From an uncultured candidatus Porisulfidus sp. (GTDB lineage: Bacteria; Pseudomonadota; Gammaproteobacteria; Poriferisulfidales; Poriferisulfidaceae), in NCBI GenBank assembly GCA_965204575.1, contig OZ241993.1:608001-672000 (forward strand): 64,000 nucleotides of DNA, in the 5' to 3' direction. The notes below the pieces were generated by a model. That model made no database searches. It saw only the letters and a program-made list of their open reading frames with translations, and was not told where the DNA came from. This document shows positions 42,967 through 51,489 of the stretch, piece by piece; the first letter of the stretch is position 1; every line of letters starts with the position of its first letter. The position numbers were made by a program, and so were the translations under genes.

Positions 42967-43021
42967 TTGGAAACTTTGCCATGAATAATTGTAAACTTTA
43001 GTGCCGATAGTTGTCAACTTT
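42967..43021 (-). promoter_or_regulatory. sigma70 promoter overlapped by three 11-bp direct repeats at 22-bp period
   Basis: Minus-strand AAAGTTGACAA (43021-43011), AAAGTTTACAA (42999-42989), AAAGTTTCCAA (42977-42967); TTGACA-N18-TACAAT embedded. Confidence 0.7.
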
Positions 43022-43090
43022 TTGGCTTGAATTGATTGATAGTTCTTGCGCTGTGCTGCGTAAGGAAGATTGACAAATGGAGAGGAACTA

Positions 43091-43111
43091 TAATAATAGT
43101 CATTCTCATTA
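43091..43111 (+). promoter_or_regulatory. Putative Fur box
   Basis: TAATAATAGTCATTCTCATTA resembles GATAATGATAATCATTATC; just upstream of an iron ABC operon. Confidence 0.6.
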
Positions 43112-43126
43112 CCACCCCCTTTTGCA

Positions 43127-44128
43127 ATGAAGAAGCTCGCCCTGGCTTTGCTGGTATTTCTCGCGGTTCAACCCGCCTTGATGGCAGCCGACTCGGTCAC
43201 GCTGACGCTGTATTCCTCGCGCAAGGCGCATCTGATCGAGCCGGTGCTGGAGCTCTATACAAAGCAGACCGGCATCCAGTTCAACCTGCATACCGGGAAG
43301 CCGGGCCCGATCCTTGAACGCCTTGCCGCAGCGGGCAAAAACGGTGGAGCCGACATCCTCTTGACGGTGGACGCCGGGAACCTCTGGCATGCCGCCGAGC
43401 GTGGCTTGCTTGTGCCGGTTGATTCCGAAGCACTAGTCCAATCCGTTCCGGCCGCTTTGCGCGATCCGGAGAACCGCTGGTTCGGATTCTCGAAAAGGGC
43501 GCGCACTCTGGCTTACAACACCGAAAAAATTTCCCCCGACGACCTTTCCTCCTACGAGGATTTGGCAGATCCGAAGTGGAAGGGAAGGCTTTGCCTGCGC
43601 ACCTCCAAGAAAGTCTACAACCAGTCGCTGGTCGCGACCCTGATCGCGCATCACGGCGAAGAAGCGACCGAAGAGATCGTGAAGGGTTGGGTGGCCAACC
43701 TCGCGGCCGAACCTTTTTCCAACGACACCAAGGTTCTGCAGGCGGTTGCGATGGGGCAGTGCGACGTCACCATCGCCAACACTTACTACTATGGCCGGTT
43801 GATGCGCAAGGAGCCGGATCTCAAGCTTGCCCTGTTCTGGCCGAATCAGGACTCCCAGGGCGTCCACGTCAATATTTCCGGCGGGAGCCTTCTGACGGTC
43901 TCCTCTCACCCCGAGGCGGCGCAAGCGTTTCTCGAATGGTTGGCGCAGCCCGAGGCCCAGGGCTTATTCGCTGAACTCAACTTGGAATACCCGGTTCGGG
44001 AAGACATCCCCCCGGCACCGGAAGTCCAGGCTTGGGGTGAATTCCAAGGGGATTCGCTGAATCTCGCTGAAGCAGGCCGCCTGCAGGCGGAAGCCGTGCG
44101 CCTGATGGATCGGGTTGGCTATCGCTGA
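43127..44128 (+). CDS. Fe(III) ABC transporter substrate-binding protein (FutA/FbpA type)
   Basis: Signal peptide, LYSSRK, ADILLTVDAGNL, YNQSL, ANTYYYG Tyr ligands, GVHVNISG. Confidence 0.92.
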   Translation: MKKLALALLVFLAVQPALMAADSVTLTLYSSRKAHLIEPVLELYTKQTGIQFNLHTGKPGPILERLAAAGKNGGADILLTVDAGNLWHAAERGLLVPVDSEALVQSVPAALRDPENRWFGFSKRARTLAYNTEKISPDDLSSYEDLADPKWKGRLCLRTSKKVYNQSLVATLIAHHGEEATEEIVKGWVANLAAEPFSNDTKVLQAVAMGQCDVTIANTYYYGRLMRKEPDLKLALFWPNQDSQGVHVNISGGSLLTVSSHPEAAQAFLEWLAQPEAQGLFAELNLEYPVREDIPPAPEVQAWGEFQGDSLNLAEAGRLQAEAVRLMDRVGYR

Positions 44129-45761
44129 ACCTTCCAGTGCCGTGACATTGGTTACCGGCTTTTCCGGTCGTTTCTGGTATTGGGGTAGCCGGTTTCTAGC
44201 GGCGGCCATTCTGGTCCCGCTGATCGTGATCTTCGGAGCCTGGTTGGCTCCGGCCACCGAGGTCTGGGGGCATCTGGCGGCGACCGTACTCCCGACGCTG
44301 GTCGGCAATACTCTGCTGCTGATCTTCGGCGTCACGACTGGCACCCTGATTCTTGGGGTCAGCCTAGCCTGGTTGGTCAGCACCTGCGAGTTCCCGGGGC
44401 GACGCTGGCTCGATTGGGCACTGATGTTGCCGTTCGCTCTGCCCACTTACGTGATGGCGTTCGTATTTCTCGGGCTGCTCGACTTTCAGGGGCCCGTGCA
44501 GGGGTTTTTGAGGCAGGTTTTCGGTCTGCCGGCCTCCTGGAGCATTGAAGCACGGCATTCCGCCGGCGTTCTGGCCGTCATGGTGCTGGTGCTGTACCCC
44601 TACGTCTATTTGCTGGCGCGAGTGGCCTTTCTGAAGCAGGGCCGGGCTGCGCTGGAAGCGGCCCGTACGCTGGGCATGACGGCACGGGAAAGTTTCTTTC
44701 GGGTCGCCCTGCCGATGGCTCGTCCAGCGATTATCGGGGGCGTTAGCTTGGCCGTCATGGAGGCGCTGGCCGATTTCGGCGCGGTCGCCGTATTCAACTA
44801 CGACACGTTCACCACGGCCATCTACAAGGCCTGGTTCGGCTTCTTCGATCTCAATGCCGCCAGCCAGTTGGCATCCCTGCTGCTTACGTTCGTTTTCATT
44901 CTGTTGTACCTGGAGCGCTACGGGCGCGGAAGGGCCCGATTCGACGACAGCGGCAGCGCGCCGAATCTTCGCACTTACCGCCTGCATGGCCTCCGCGCGG
45001 TGGCGGCAAGCACGTACTGTGGCTTGATTCTGCTTCTGGCGTTCATCATTCCGATGGCGCAACTCCTGCTGTGGGCCTGGAACTGGACCGACGACCTGGA
45101 TTTTGCCTATCTGTCGCTGCTGAGCCACACCCTGGCCTTGGGCGCCATGGCGGCCGTAGCAACTACGGCGGGAGGTCTGATTCTTGCTTATGCCCTGCGA
45201 CGCGACACAAGTTGGCTAACCCGGACGAGCGTGCGCATTGGCACTTTGGGCTACGCCATCCCGGGTTCGGTGCTGGCAGTGGCCGTGATGTGGTCGTTGG
45301 GTTGGATTGATCGCCAAGTCGCCGAAATATGGTTGTGGTTGACCGGAACCGAGGCGACATGGTTCTTTGTCGGCAGCGTGTTCAGTCTTATACTGGCTTA
45401 CTTCGCCCGGTTCCTGGCACTGGCGTTCAACCCGATCGACAGCGCGCTGGAGCGGGTCCGCCCCAGCATGCGGGAAGCCGCACAATCGTTGGGCTTCAGC
45501 GGGGTAGCGCTGGTGTGGCGGATTTACATCCCGATCCTGCGCCCCGGCCTGCTGACGGCGGCGTTATTAGTCTTGGTTGACGTGATGAAGGAAATGCCGG
45601 CCACCTTGCTGCTGCGCCCGTTCGGCTGGGATACGCTGGCGGTCCGGATTTACGGCCTGTCTTCGGAAGGCCTCTGGGAGCGGGCCGCGCTGCCGTCGGT
45701 GGCGCTGGTGGCGGCGGGCCTGATTCCGGTGTTCCTTCTGGCTGTTCGCGGCCGACGCTGA
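44115..45761 (+). CDS. Fe(III) ABC transporter permease (FbpB type)
   Basis: Two hydrophobic halves with EAARTLG and EAAQSLG loops, KEMPATLLLRPF; exact start uncertain. Confidence 0.92.
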   Translation: MAIAEPSSAVTLVTGFSGRFWYWGSRFLAAAILVPLIVIFGAWLAPATEVWGHLAATVLPTLVGNTLLLIFGVTTGTLILGVSLAWLVSTCEFPGRRWLDWALMLPFALPTYVMAFVFLGLLDFQGPVQGFLRQVFGLPASWSIEARHSAGVLAVMVLVLYPYVYLLARVAFLKQGRAALEAARTLGMTARESFFRVALPMARPAIIGGVSLAVMEALADFGAVAVFNYDTFTTAIYKAWFGFFDLNAASQLASLLLTFVFILLYLERYGRGRARFDDSGSAPNLRTYRLHGLRAVAASTYCGLILLLAFIIPMAQLLLWAWNWTDDLDFAYLSLLSHTLALGAMAAVATTAGGLILAYALRRDTSWLTRTSVRIGTLGYAIPGSVLAVAVMWSLGWIDRQVAEIWLWLTGTEATWFFVGSVFSLILAYFARFLALAFNPIDSALERVRPSMREAAQSLGFSGVALVWRIYIPILRPGLLTAALLVLVDVMKEMPATLLLRPFGWDTLAVRIYGLSSEGLWERAALPSVALVAAGLIPVFLLAVRGRR

Positions 45762-45770
45762 GAGAGGATC

Positions 45771-46826
45771 ATGGCGCTTCTGGAAGTCGAAAAAATTTCC
45801 TGCACCTACGGTGACGGTCCGGCGCTGCGCGATTTTTCATTCGAAGTCGTGCAGGGGGAGATTGCCGCCTTGCTGGGGCCGTCCGGCGGCGGCAAGACGA
45901 CCACGTTGCGCGCCATCTTGGGTTTCGAGCCGATCTTGGAGGGAGAGATCCGCATCGCGGGCGAGGTCATGTCCCGACCGGGGTTCAACGTTCCGCCGGA
46001 GCGCCGGCCGGTCGGCATGGTGTTCCAGGACCGCGCATTGTTTCCGCACCTGACGGTGGAGCAGAATATCGCCATTGGGATCCGCCGAGAACCCAAAACC
46101 GATCAGGACCGGATTGTTCGAAACCTGCTGGAAATCGTCGGCCTGGAACACTGCATTTCCCGCTTTCCGCACGAGTTGTCCGGCGGGCAGCAAGAACGGG
46201 TGGCATTGGCTCGGGCCCTGGCTCCGCAGCCGCGCCTGCTGTTGCTCGACGAACCATTCGCCAGCCTCGACATCGACCTGCGCGAACGGCTGAGTTTCGA
46301 GGTCCGAAACATCCTCAAGGAAACCGGCTCCACGGCAGTTGTCGTGACGCACTACCAGGATGAAGCTTTTGCCATGGGTGATCAGGTCGGGATTATCGAG
46401 GACGGTGCCATTCTGCAATGGGACACGCCGTTCAACATCTACCATCGCCCGGTTTCCCGACAGGTCGCGAGCCTTGTCGGCCGAGGAGTCTTTATCGAGG
46501 GCATCCTGCGCGAAGCAGGGGCCTTTGATACCGAAATCGGCCGGGTTCAAGACGAGCACCACACCTATCCGAATCCCCCGGGAACACGCATGGACATCCT
46601 GCTGCGCCCGGATGACGTGCTGATCGACCCGGAGGGCGCGATTCCCGCCACGGTGATCGAAAAGGCCTTCAAGGGCGACGACACCCTGTACACGCTGCGG
46701 TTGCCATCCGGCACCCGACTGCTGGCGCTGGCTTCCAGCCACAGGGACTTGGAAATAGGGGAACAGACCGGCTTGAGCTTCGACTTGGAACATTTGGTGG
46801 CGTTTCCCCAGCTGCCGGACGCCTAA
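45771..46826 (+). CDS. Fe(III) ABC transporter ATPase (FbpC type)
   Basis: GPSGGGKTT, LSGGQQER, LLLDEPF, C-terminal TOBE-like region. Confidence 0.92.
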   Translation: MALLEVEKISCTYGDGPALRDFSFEVVQGEIAALLGPSGGGKTTTLRAILGFEPILEGEIRIAGEVMSRPGFNVPPERRPVGMVFQDRALFPHLTVEQNIAIGIRREPKTDQDRIVRNLLEIVGLEHCISRFPHELSGGQQERVALARALAPQPRLLLLDEPFASLDIDLRERLSFEVRNILKETGSTAVVVTHYQDEAFAMGDQVGIIEDGAILQWDTPFNIYHRPVSRQVASLVGRGVFIEGILREAGAFDTEIGRVQDEHHTYPNPPGTRMDILLRPDDVLIDPEGAIPATVIEKAFKGDDTLYTLRLPSGTRLLALASSHRDLEIGEQTGLSFDLEHLVAFPQLPDA

Positions 46827-46827
46827 A

Positions 46828-46841
46828 GTTATAATGTTACA
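46828..46841. promoter_or_regulatory. Putative Zur box
   Basis: GTTATAATGTTACA resembles the TGTTATAnnATAACA consensus; directly upstream of zur-znuCB. Confidence 0.65.
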
Positions 46842-46882
46842 GTGCAATCGCCGGAGCTGATCCTGTCCGCGTGGTGACCCGA

Positions 46883-47383
46883 ATGACCGCTGCATCCCTG
46901 CCGCCGACCTCCCCGCACGACCACCAGTCCTGCATCTCGGATACCTTGGCGCACGCAGAGGCGGTCTGCCAGAGCCGCAACAAGCGGCTGACCGAAAACC
47001 GGCGGGCAGTTTTGGAGTTGCTGCTCGACAGCCATTGCGCCCTTGGCGCCTACGAGATTCTCAGGCGTTTCGACTGGGGCGGGCGTGCCCGAGCCCCGGT
47101 CCAGGTATACCGGGCGCTTAATTTCCTGGAGTCCATGGGGCTGGTGCACCGTGTTGCCAGCAGCAATGCTTATGTCGCCTGCTCCCGGCTCACCGAGCAG
47201 CACGGCGCTGTACTTTTCGTGTGCAAGGCCTGCGGTGTTGTCATGGAGGGTGAAGAACTCGAGCTGGAATCAATGATGGATCGATTAGCCCGGCAATCCG
47301 GTTTCACGATCCATACCCGGTTGCTGGAGGCCGTCGGATATTGCCCCAATTGCACTGAAGAGACAGAAGATGCCGACGCATGA
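46883..47383 (+). CDS. zur: Zinc uptake regulator
   Basis: HDHQSC, RLTENRRAVLELL, GAYEIL, VYRALNFL, CKACG and CPNC Zn sites. Confidence 0.9.
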   Translation: MTAASLPPTSPHDHQSCISDTLAHAEAVCQSRNKRLTENRRAVLELLLDSHCALGAYEILRRFDWGGRARAPVQVYRALNFLESMGLVHRVASSNAYVACSRLTEQHGAVLFVCKACGVVMEGEELELESMMDRLARQSGFTIHTRLLEAVGYCPNCTEETEDADA

Positions 47384-48104
47384 TTCGGGCGAACCTCTGG
47401 TCTGCGTTCGTTCTGCGGGAGTGCACCGGGGTGGGCGTTGGATCATTCACGACGTAAATCTCGAAATTCGCCCGGGTGAGGTCGTGACCGTGGTCGGCCC
47501 CAACGGGGCTGGCAAGAGCACCTTGCTCAAGACCCTGCTGGGACTGTACCGCCCGGATGCGGGAAGTGTGACTCGTGTTTCCGGGCTCCAGGTTGGCTAC
47601 GTGCCGCCTACCGACCCGGTTCAGTTCGACCTTCCGTTGACGGTGCGACGTTTGATGACACTGACTTCTCCCCGTCCCGCCAGCACCATTGCGGATGCCT
47701 TGCGGGAAACCGGTGCCGACCACCTGTCCGGCTCCCAGGTCAGTGAACTCTCGCACGGCGAATTCCAGCGGGTCATGCTGGCCCGGGCACTGTCACGCAA
47801 TCCTGATCTTCTGGTGATGGATGAGCCGCTGCGGGGCATTGATTTCTCCAGCGAGGCGGAGCTGTACCAATTGATCTCGGAGGTCGTCGAACACCGGGGA
47901 TGCGCGGCGTTGATGACCAGCCACGACCTGCATTACGTGATGAGTCGGACCGACCGGGTCGTCTGCCTGAATGGGACGATCCGTTGCATGGGGGCACCGG
48001 AAGACACGGTGGACCACCCGGAATTCCACCAGTTGTTCGGGACTCGTGCGGAAGCCTACCGCCATGTCCGCCATCAGTGCCAAGGCGAGTCGCCGGACGC
48101 CTGA
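47370..48104 (+). CDS. znuC: Zinc ABC transporter ATPase
   Basis: GPNGAGKST, LSHGEFQRV, MDEP, SHDLH, C-terminal YRHVRHQC. Confidence 0.9.
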   Translation: MPTHDSGEPLVCVRSAGVHRGGRWIIHDVNLEIRPGEVVTVVGPNGAGKSTLLKTLLGLYRPDAGSVTRVSGLQVGYVPPTDPVQFDLPLTVRRLMTLTSPRPASTIADALRETGADHLSGSQVSELSHGEFQRVMLARALSRNPDLLVMDEPLRGIDFSSEAELYQLISEVVEHRGCAALMTSHDLHYVMSRTDRVVCLNGTIRCMGAPEDTVDHPEFHQLFGTRAEAYRHVRHQCQGESPDA

Positions 48105-48115
48105 TTCTCCCGCCC

Positions 48116-48976
48116 GTGTTGGACGATTTTTTCTTTCGCGCCCTGCTCGCAGCTCTGGCTGTCGCGGTGGTGGCCGGGCCGACCGGTTGCGTGATCCTGT
48201 GGCAGCGCAAGGCCTATTTTGGCGACACCATGGCGCATTCCGCGCTGCTCGGCGTGGTGCTTGGCGTGATCCTGGGGCTCAACCCGGAAGTCGGGGTGTT
48301 TGGGGTTGCATTTCTGGTGGCGGTGGCGGTGGTGCTGCTGCAGCGAATATCGCGCTTGGCGGGCGACACGATCCTGGGTGTGCTGGCGCATTCGACTCTC
48401 GCAATCGGCCTCGTCGCCATGGCCTTGACGGACAACTACCGACAGTATGAATTAACCGCCTACCTGTTCGGGGATGTGTTGGCGGTCGGCCGGGAAGAAC
48501 TGGTTCTGATTGGGTTGGGCGGACTGCTCGGCCTTGCGATGCTGGCAATGATCTGGCGCCCGCTGGTGGCGGCAACCCTGCATGAGGGCATGGCGGCGGC
48601 CGAAGGCGCGAAACCTTTGCGCAACCAACTCCTTTACATGGCCTTGGTGGCTGCCGTGGTGGCGGTGGGCATGCAGGTGGTCGGTGCCTTGCTGGTCGTC
48701 GCGCTGATGATCGTTCCGGCCGCGGCAGCACGCACTTTGGCCCGCACTCCGGAACAAATGGCACTGGTCGCGGTGTTGGTCGCCGCGCTTTCCAGCGTAC
48801 TGGGGCTGTACGGTTCTCTTTGGCTCGACACTCCGGCCGGGCCGACCATCGTGTCAGTGGCCGCGTTTCTCTTTTTGGGGTGCCTTGCGTTTGACGGGGG
48901 GGTCCAGCAATTGAGCCGGAGCCGGAGCCGGGGCGTCAGGCGTGGCGTTGCTCGTGCTCCAGAAGGCGACGCTTAA
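48116..48976 (+). CDS. znuB: Zinc ABC transporter permease
   Basis: DDFFFRALLA, YFGDTMAHSALLG, YLFGDVLAV, VGALL, DTPAGPTIV; GTG start inferred. Confidence 0.9.
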   Translation: MLDDFFFRALLAALAVAVVAGPTGCVILWQRKAYFGDTMAHSALLGVVLGVILGLNPEVGVFGVAFLVAVAVVLLQRISRLAGDTILGVLAHSTLAIGLVAMALTDNYRQYELTAYLFGDVLAVGREELVLIGLGGLLGLAMLAMIWRPLVAATLHEGMAAAEGAKPLRNQLLYMALVAAVVAVGMQVVGALLVVALMIVPAAAARTLARTPEQMALVAVLVAALSSVLGLYGSLWLDTPAGPTIVSVAAFLFLGCLAFDGGVQQLSRSRSRGVRRGVARAPEGDA

Positions 48977-49451
48977 TTTCTAAAAGTTCCGCTCCTTTCT
49001 CGGGGATCAACGGTCCGCCGTAACCTCCGAGACCGTTTTTTCCGACCACGCGGTGGCAGGGCACGACGACACAGAGCGGGTTGCGACCGTTGGCAGTGCC
49101 GACTGAACGCGGGCTACCTCCGGCTTTTTGGGCGATGTCGGTATAAGTCCGGATCTGCCCGTAGGGAATTTCCAGAAGCGTGCTCCACACCTTGCGGCGG
49201 TACTCGGTGGCGGGACTGTCCAAGTCGAGGGATGAAAGCGGAAGATCGAACGTCTGACGCTTTCCTTCGAAGTATTCCCGGAGTTGCTGCGCGGCAGCGC
49301 GGGTCAAAGCGTTTGGATGATCCGGACGTCGCTTCCGACTGTCTAGGTTGAAGAAGATCGCCGACACGCCGTGCCGGTCGGTATAGATTTCAATCGGTGC
49401 ATCGAGAGGCGTGTCGAAACTCTGGAAGCCGGTGGCGTTCGACACGGCCAT
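48936..49451 (-). CDS. ogt: Methylated-DNA-protein-cysteine methyltransferase
   Basis: QLREYFEG, IPYG..TY, RSVGTANGRNP, VPCHRVVG active site. Confidence 0.92.
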   Translation of the reverse strand: MAVSNATGFQSFDTPLDAPIEIYTDRHGVSAIFFNLDSRKRRPDHPNALTRAAAQQLREYFEGKRQTFDLPLSSLDLDSPATEYRRKVWSTLLEIPYGQIRTYTDIAQKAGGSPRSVGTANGRNPLCVVVPCHRVVGKNGLGGYGGPLIPEKGAELLEIKRRLLEHEQRHA

Positions 49452-49455
49452 GGAA

Positions 49456-49812
49456 TTACCCGCCGAGCTTTTCCTGGATGCGGGCGGCCTTGCCAGTGCG
49501 GCCGCGGAGGTAATACAACTTCGCGCGACGCACTTTTCCGCGGCGCTTGACATTGATCGAGTCGATCAGCGGGCTGTGCATTTGGAACACTCGCTCCACG
49601 CCTTCACCGTGTGAGATTTTCCGCACCGTGAAAGAAGAATTCAAACCGCGGTTGCGCCGGGCGATCACCACGCCTTCGAATATCTGCAAGCGCTCGCGTT
49701 CGCCTTCCCGAACCTTGACCGAGACTGCCACCGTGTCGCCCGGGGCGAATTCAACATCCGCCAGGTCTTGGCGCATTTGGGCGCTTTCCAGTTTCTCAAT
49801 CGTCGCGCTCAC
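49456..49812 (-). CDS. rplS: 50S ribosomal protein L19
   Basis: [40 protein letters not shown]. Confidence 0.98.
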   Translation of the reverse strand: MSATIEKLESAQMRQDLADVEFAPGDTVAVSVKVREGERERLQIFEGVVIARRNRGLNSSFTVRKISHGEGVERVFQMHSPLIDSINVKRRGKVRRAKLYYLRGRTGKAARIQEKLGG

Positions 49813-50557
49813 GGTTCTTGTCCTCAGAGGTTGCGTTCAGGTATTCGTCCAGCAATGCCTGGTCTTCCGCCGACAGTGCGGCACGTCCAAGCAAGTCCGG
49901 GCGGCGTCGATAGGTGCGTCCGAGCATTTCCCGCCGTCGCCAGCGTTCTATTTTGCCATGATCGCCGGTTAAAAGCACCTCCGGCACGCGCAGGCCGTCG
50001 ATTTCTTCCGGCCGGGTGTAGTGCGGGTAGTCCAGGAGCCCCTCGCTGAACGAATCCTGTCCAGCCGATTCCGCACAGCCGAGAACGCCCGGCAGCAAGC
50101 GGGCAACGGCGTCGACCACCACGGCTGCGGCCAACTCGCCGCCGGACAGCACGTAGTCGCCGACTGACCACTCGGCGTCGACCCGTTGCTGCAGAAAGCG
50201 TTCGTCGATCCCTTCATAGCGCCCGGCGACCAGGATCAAGCCGTTTTCTTCCGTCGTCTCTTGCGCCCGCGCCTGGGTAAAGGGGATTCCCTGCGGGGTC
50301 AGTGCGATCGTGCGGGCTTCCGGGTTCGCCCGGCGTGCCGCTTCGTGCGCCCGCGCCAGCGGTTCGTACTGCATGACCATGCCGGGCCCGCCGCCATAGG
50401 GGCGATCATCAACGGCGCGATGCGGGTCTTCGGTGAAATCACGAGGATTAATGCAATGAACTTCCAGTTTTCCTTGAGCGCACGCCCGGCCGACCACCCC
50501 TTCGGAGACAACGGCCTCGACAATTCCCGGAAACAGTGCGACGACATCAAAGCGCAT
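49796..50557 (-). CDS. trmD: tRNA (guanine-N1)-methyltransferase
   Basis: [44 protein letters not shown]. Confidence 0.97.
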   Translation of the reverse strand: MRFDVVALFPGIVEAVVSEGVVGRACAQGKLEVHCINPRDFTEDPHRAVDDRPYGGGPGMVMQYEPLARAHEAARRANPEARTIALTPQGIPFTQARAQETTEENGLILVAGRYEGIDERFLQQRVDAEWSVGDYVLSGGELAAAVVVDAVARLLPGVLGCAESAGQDSFSEGLLDYPHYTRPEEIDGLRVPEVLLTGDHGKIERWRRREMLGRTYRRRPDLLGRAALSAEDQALLDEYLNATSEDKNRERDD

Positions 50558-50561
50558 GACG

Positions 50562-51104
50562 TCACTCCCGCACGCCGTCCCATCGCAGGTCGATCCGGCC
50601 TTGAGACAGGTCAATCTTGAGGACAGTCTCGCCGGGAGCGTAGGGGATGAGATATTCCTGATCTCCGCGAACGAGTAAAACGTCGTGGGCGCCGGTCTCC
50701 AGGATCTGGTCGACGGTTCCAAGTGCTTCGCCTTGCTGATCGAATGCGGCCAGCCCCAGCAGTTGGCGATGGTAGTACTCGCCTTTCGGCAGGGTCGGGA
50801 ACTGAGCCGCATCAATCCAGATTTTCTGGCCGCGCAACGCTTCCGCATGGTCGCGGTCGTCGATGCCGCGGAGTTTGGCGATCAGGCCGCGTTGGGTGCG
50901 CCGGCTGGACTCCAGTTCATGGAGGCTGCTGTCCCCGTCGGTGCGCAATTGCCATGGACGGTACTGGAGAAGGTTGTCGATGGGGCGGGTATACGAATAT
51001 ATCTTGACCCAACCCCGCACGCCGTATACGCCGCTGATGTAACCGCACAGTACATAGGCGGAAGCCGCGGAACCGGATGGGTCCGTGGCGGAGGGGGTGT
51101 CCAG
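50562..51104 (-). CDS. rimM: Ribosome maturation factor RimM
   Basis: GVYGVRGWVKI, DRDHAEAL, GEYY..QLLG, ETGAHDVL, LIPY; start uncertain. Confidence 0.93.
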   Translation of the reverse strand: MDTPSATDPSGSAASAYVLCGYISGVYGVRGWVKIYSYTRPIDNLLQYRPWQLRTDGDSSLHELESSRRTQRGLIAKLRGIDDRDHAEALRGQKIWIDAAQFPTLPKGEYYHRQLLGLAAFDQQGEALGTVDQILETGAHDVLLVRGDQEYLIPYAPGETVLKIDLSQGRIDLRWDGVRE

Positions 51105-51114
51105 GGGGATGGCC

Positions 51115-51369
51115 TCAGGCGGCCTGCAGCTTGGCGTGTTTGCGGACCAGCTGCGCCGCACGGTCGGATAATTTCGCGCCCTGTTCCAGCCAGTGCTGTA
51201 CGCGCTCCTGATCGATGCGCAACTCTTCTTCCTTGCCGGTGGCGATGGGGTTGAAAAAGCCCAATCGCTCAATGTACCCACTGTCGCGGGGTTTACGCGA
51301 ATCGGTGACTACCAAGTGGTAGAACGGGCGCTTCTTCGCGCCGGCTCGAGACAGACGGATGGTGACCAA
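51115..51369 (-). CDS. rpsP: 30S ribosomal protein S16
   Basis: [33 protein letters not shown]; TTG start with GGAG RBS. Confidence 0.97.
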   Translation of the reverse strand: MVTIRLSRAGAKKRPFYHLVVTDSRKPRDSGYIERLGFFNPIATGKEEELRIDQERVQHWLEQGAKLSDRAAQLVRKHAKLQAA

Positions 51370-51489
51370 AAGTTGCTCCAGAAAGTCGTCCACAGGTTGC
51401 GGGGTGCGCATTCTAACAGAATCCGGCCCCGTCGCCCGGCCGGGTTCGGAAAATACGCCTTTCAGAAACAGCGGTACTGCGACGGGTTC

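Noticed and set aside
42937-43017. TTG start at 43017 for the Fic fusion, as in the ORF track
   Set aside because: That TTG is the -35 hexamer; ATG 42936 has a GAGGGA RBS and starts the HTH domain
42967-43021. Regularly spaced repeats considered as a mini CRISPR array or iterons
   Set aside because: Repeats of 11 bp with 11-bp spacers are too short for CRISPR, and no cas or rep gene is present; overlap with -35/-10 favours an operator
43070-43094. Perfect TTGACA and TATAAT upstream of the iron-binding protein gene
   Set aside because: Spacer is only 13 bp, so not called as a promoter; only the Fur-like box is reported
48913-48976. GAGCCG x3 repeat and 41-bp convergent overlap of znuB and ogt
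   Set aside because: Short in-frame repeat in a non-conserved tail; small convergent overlaps are common
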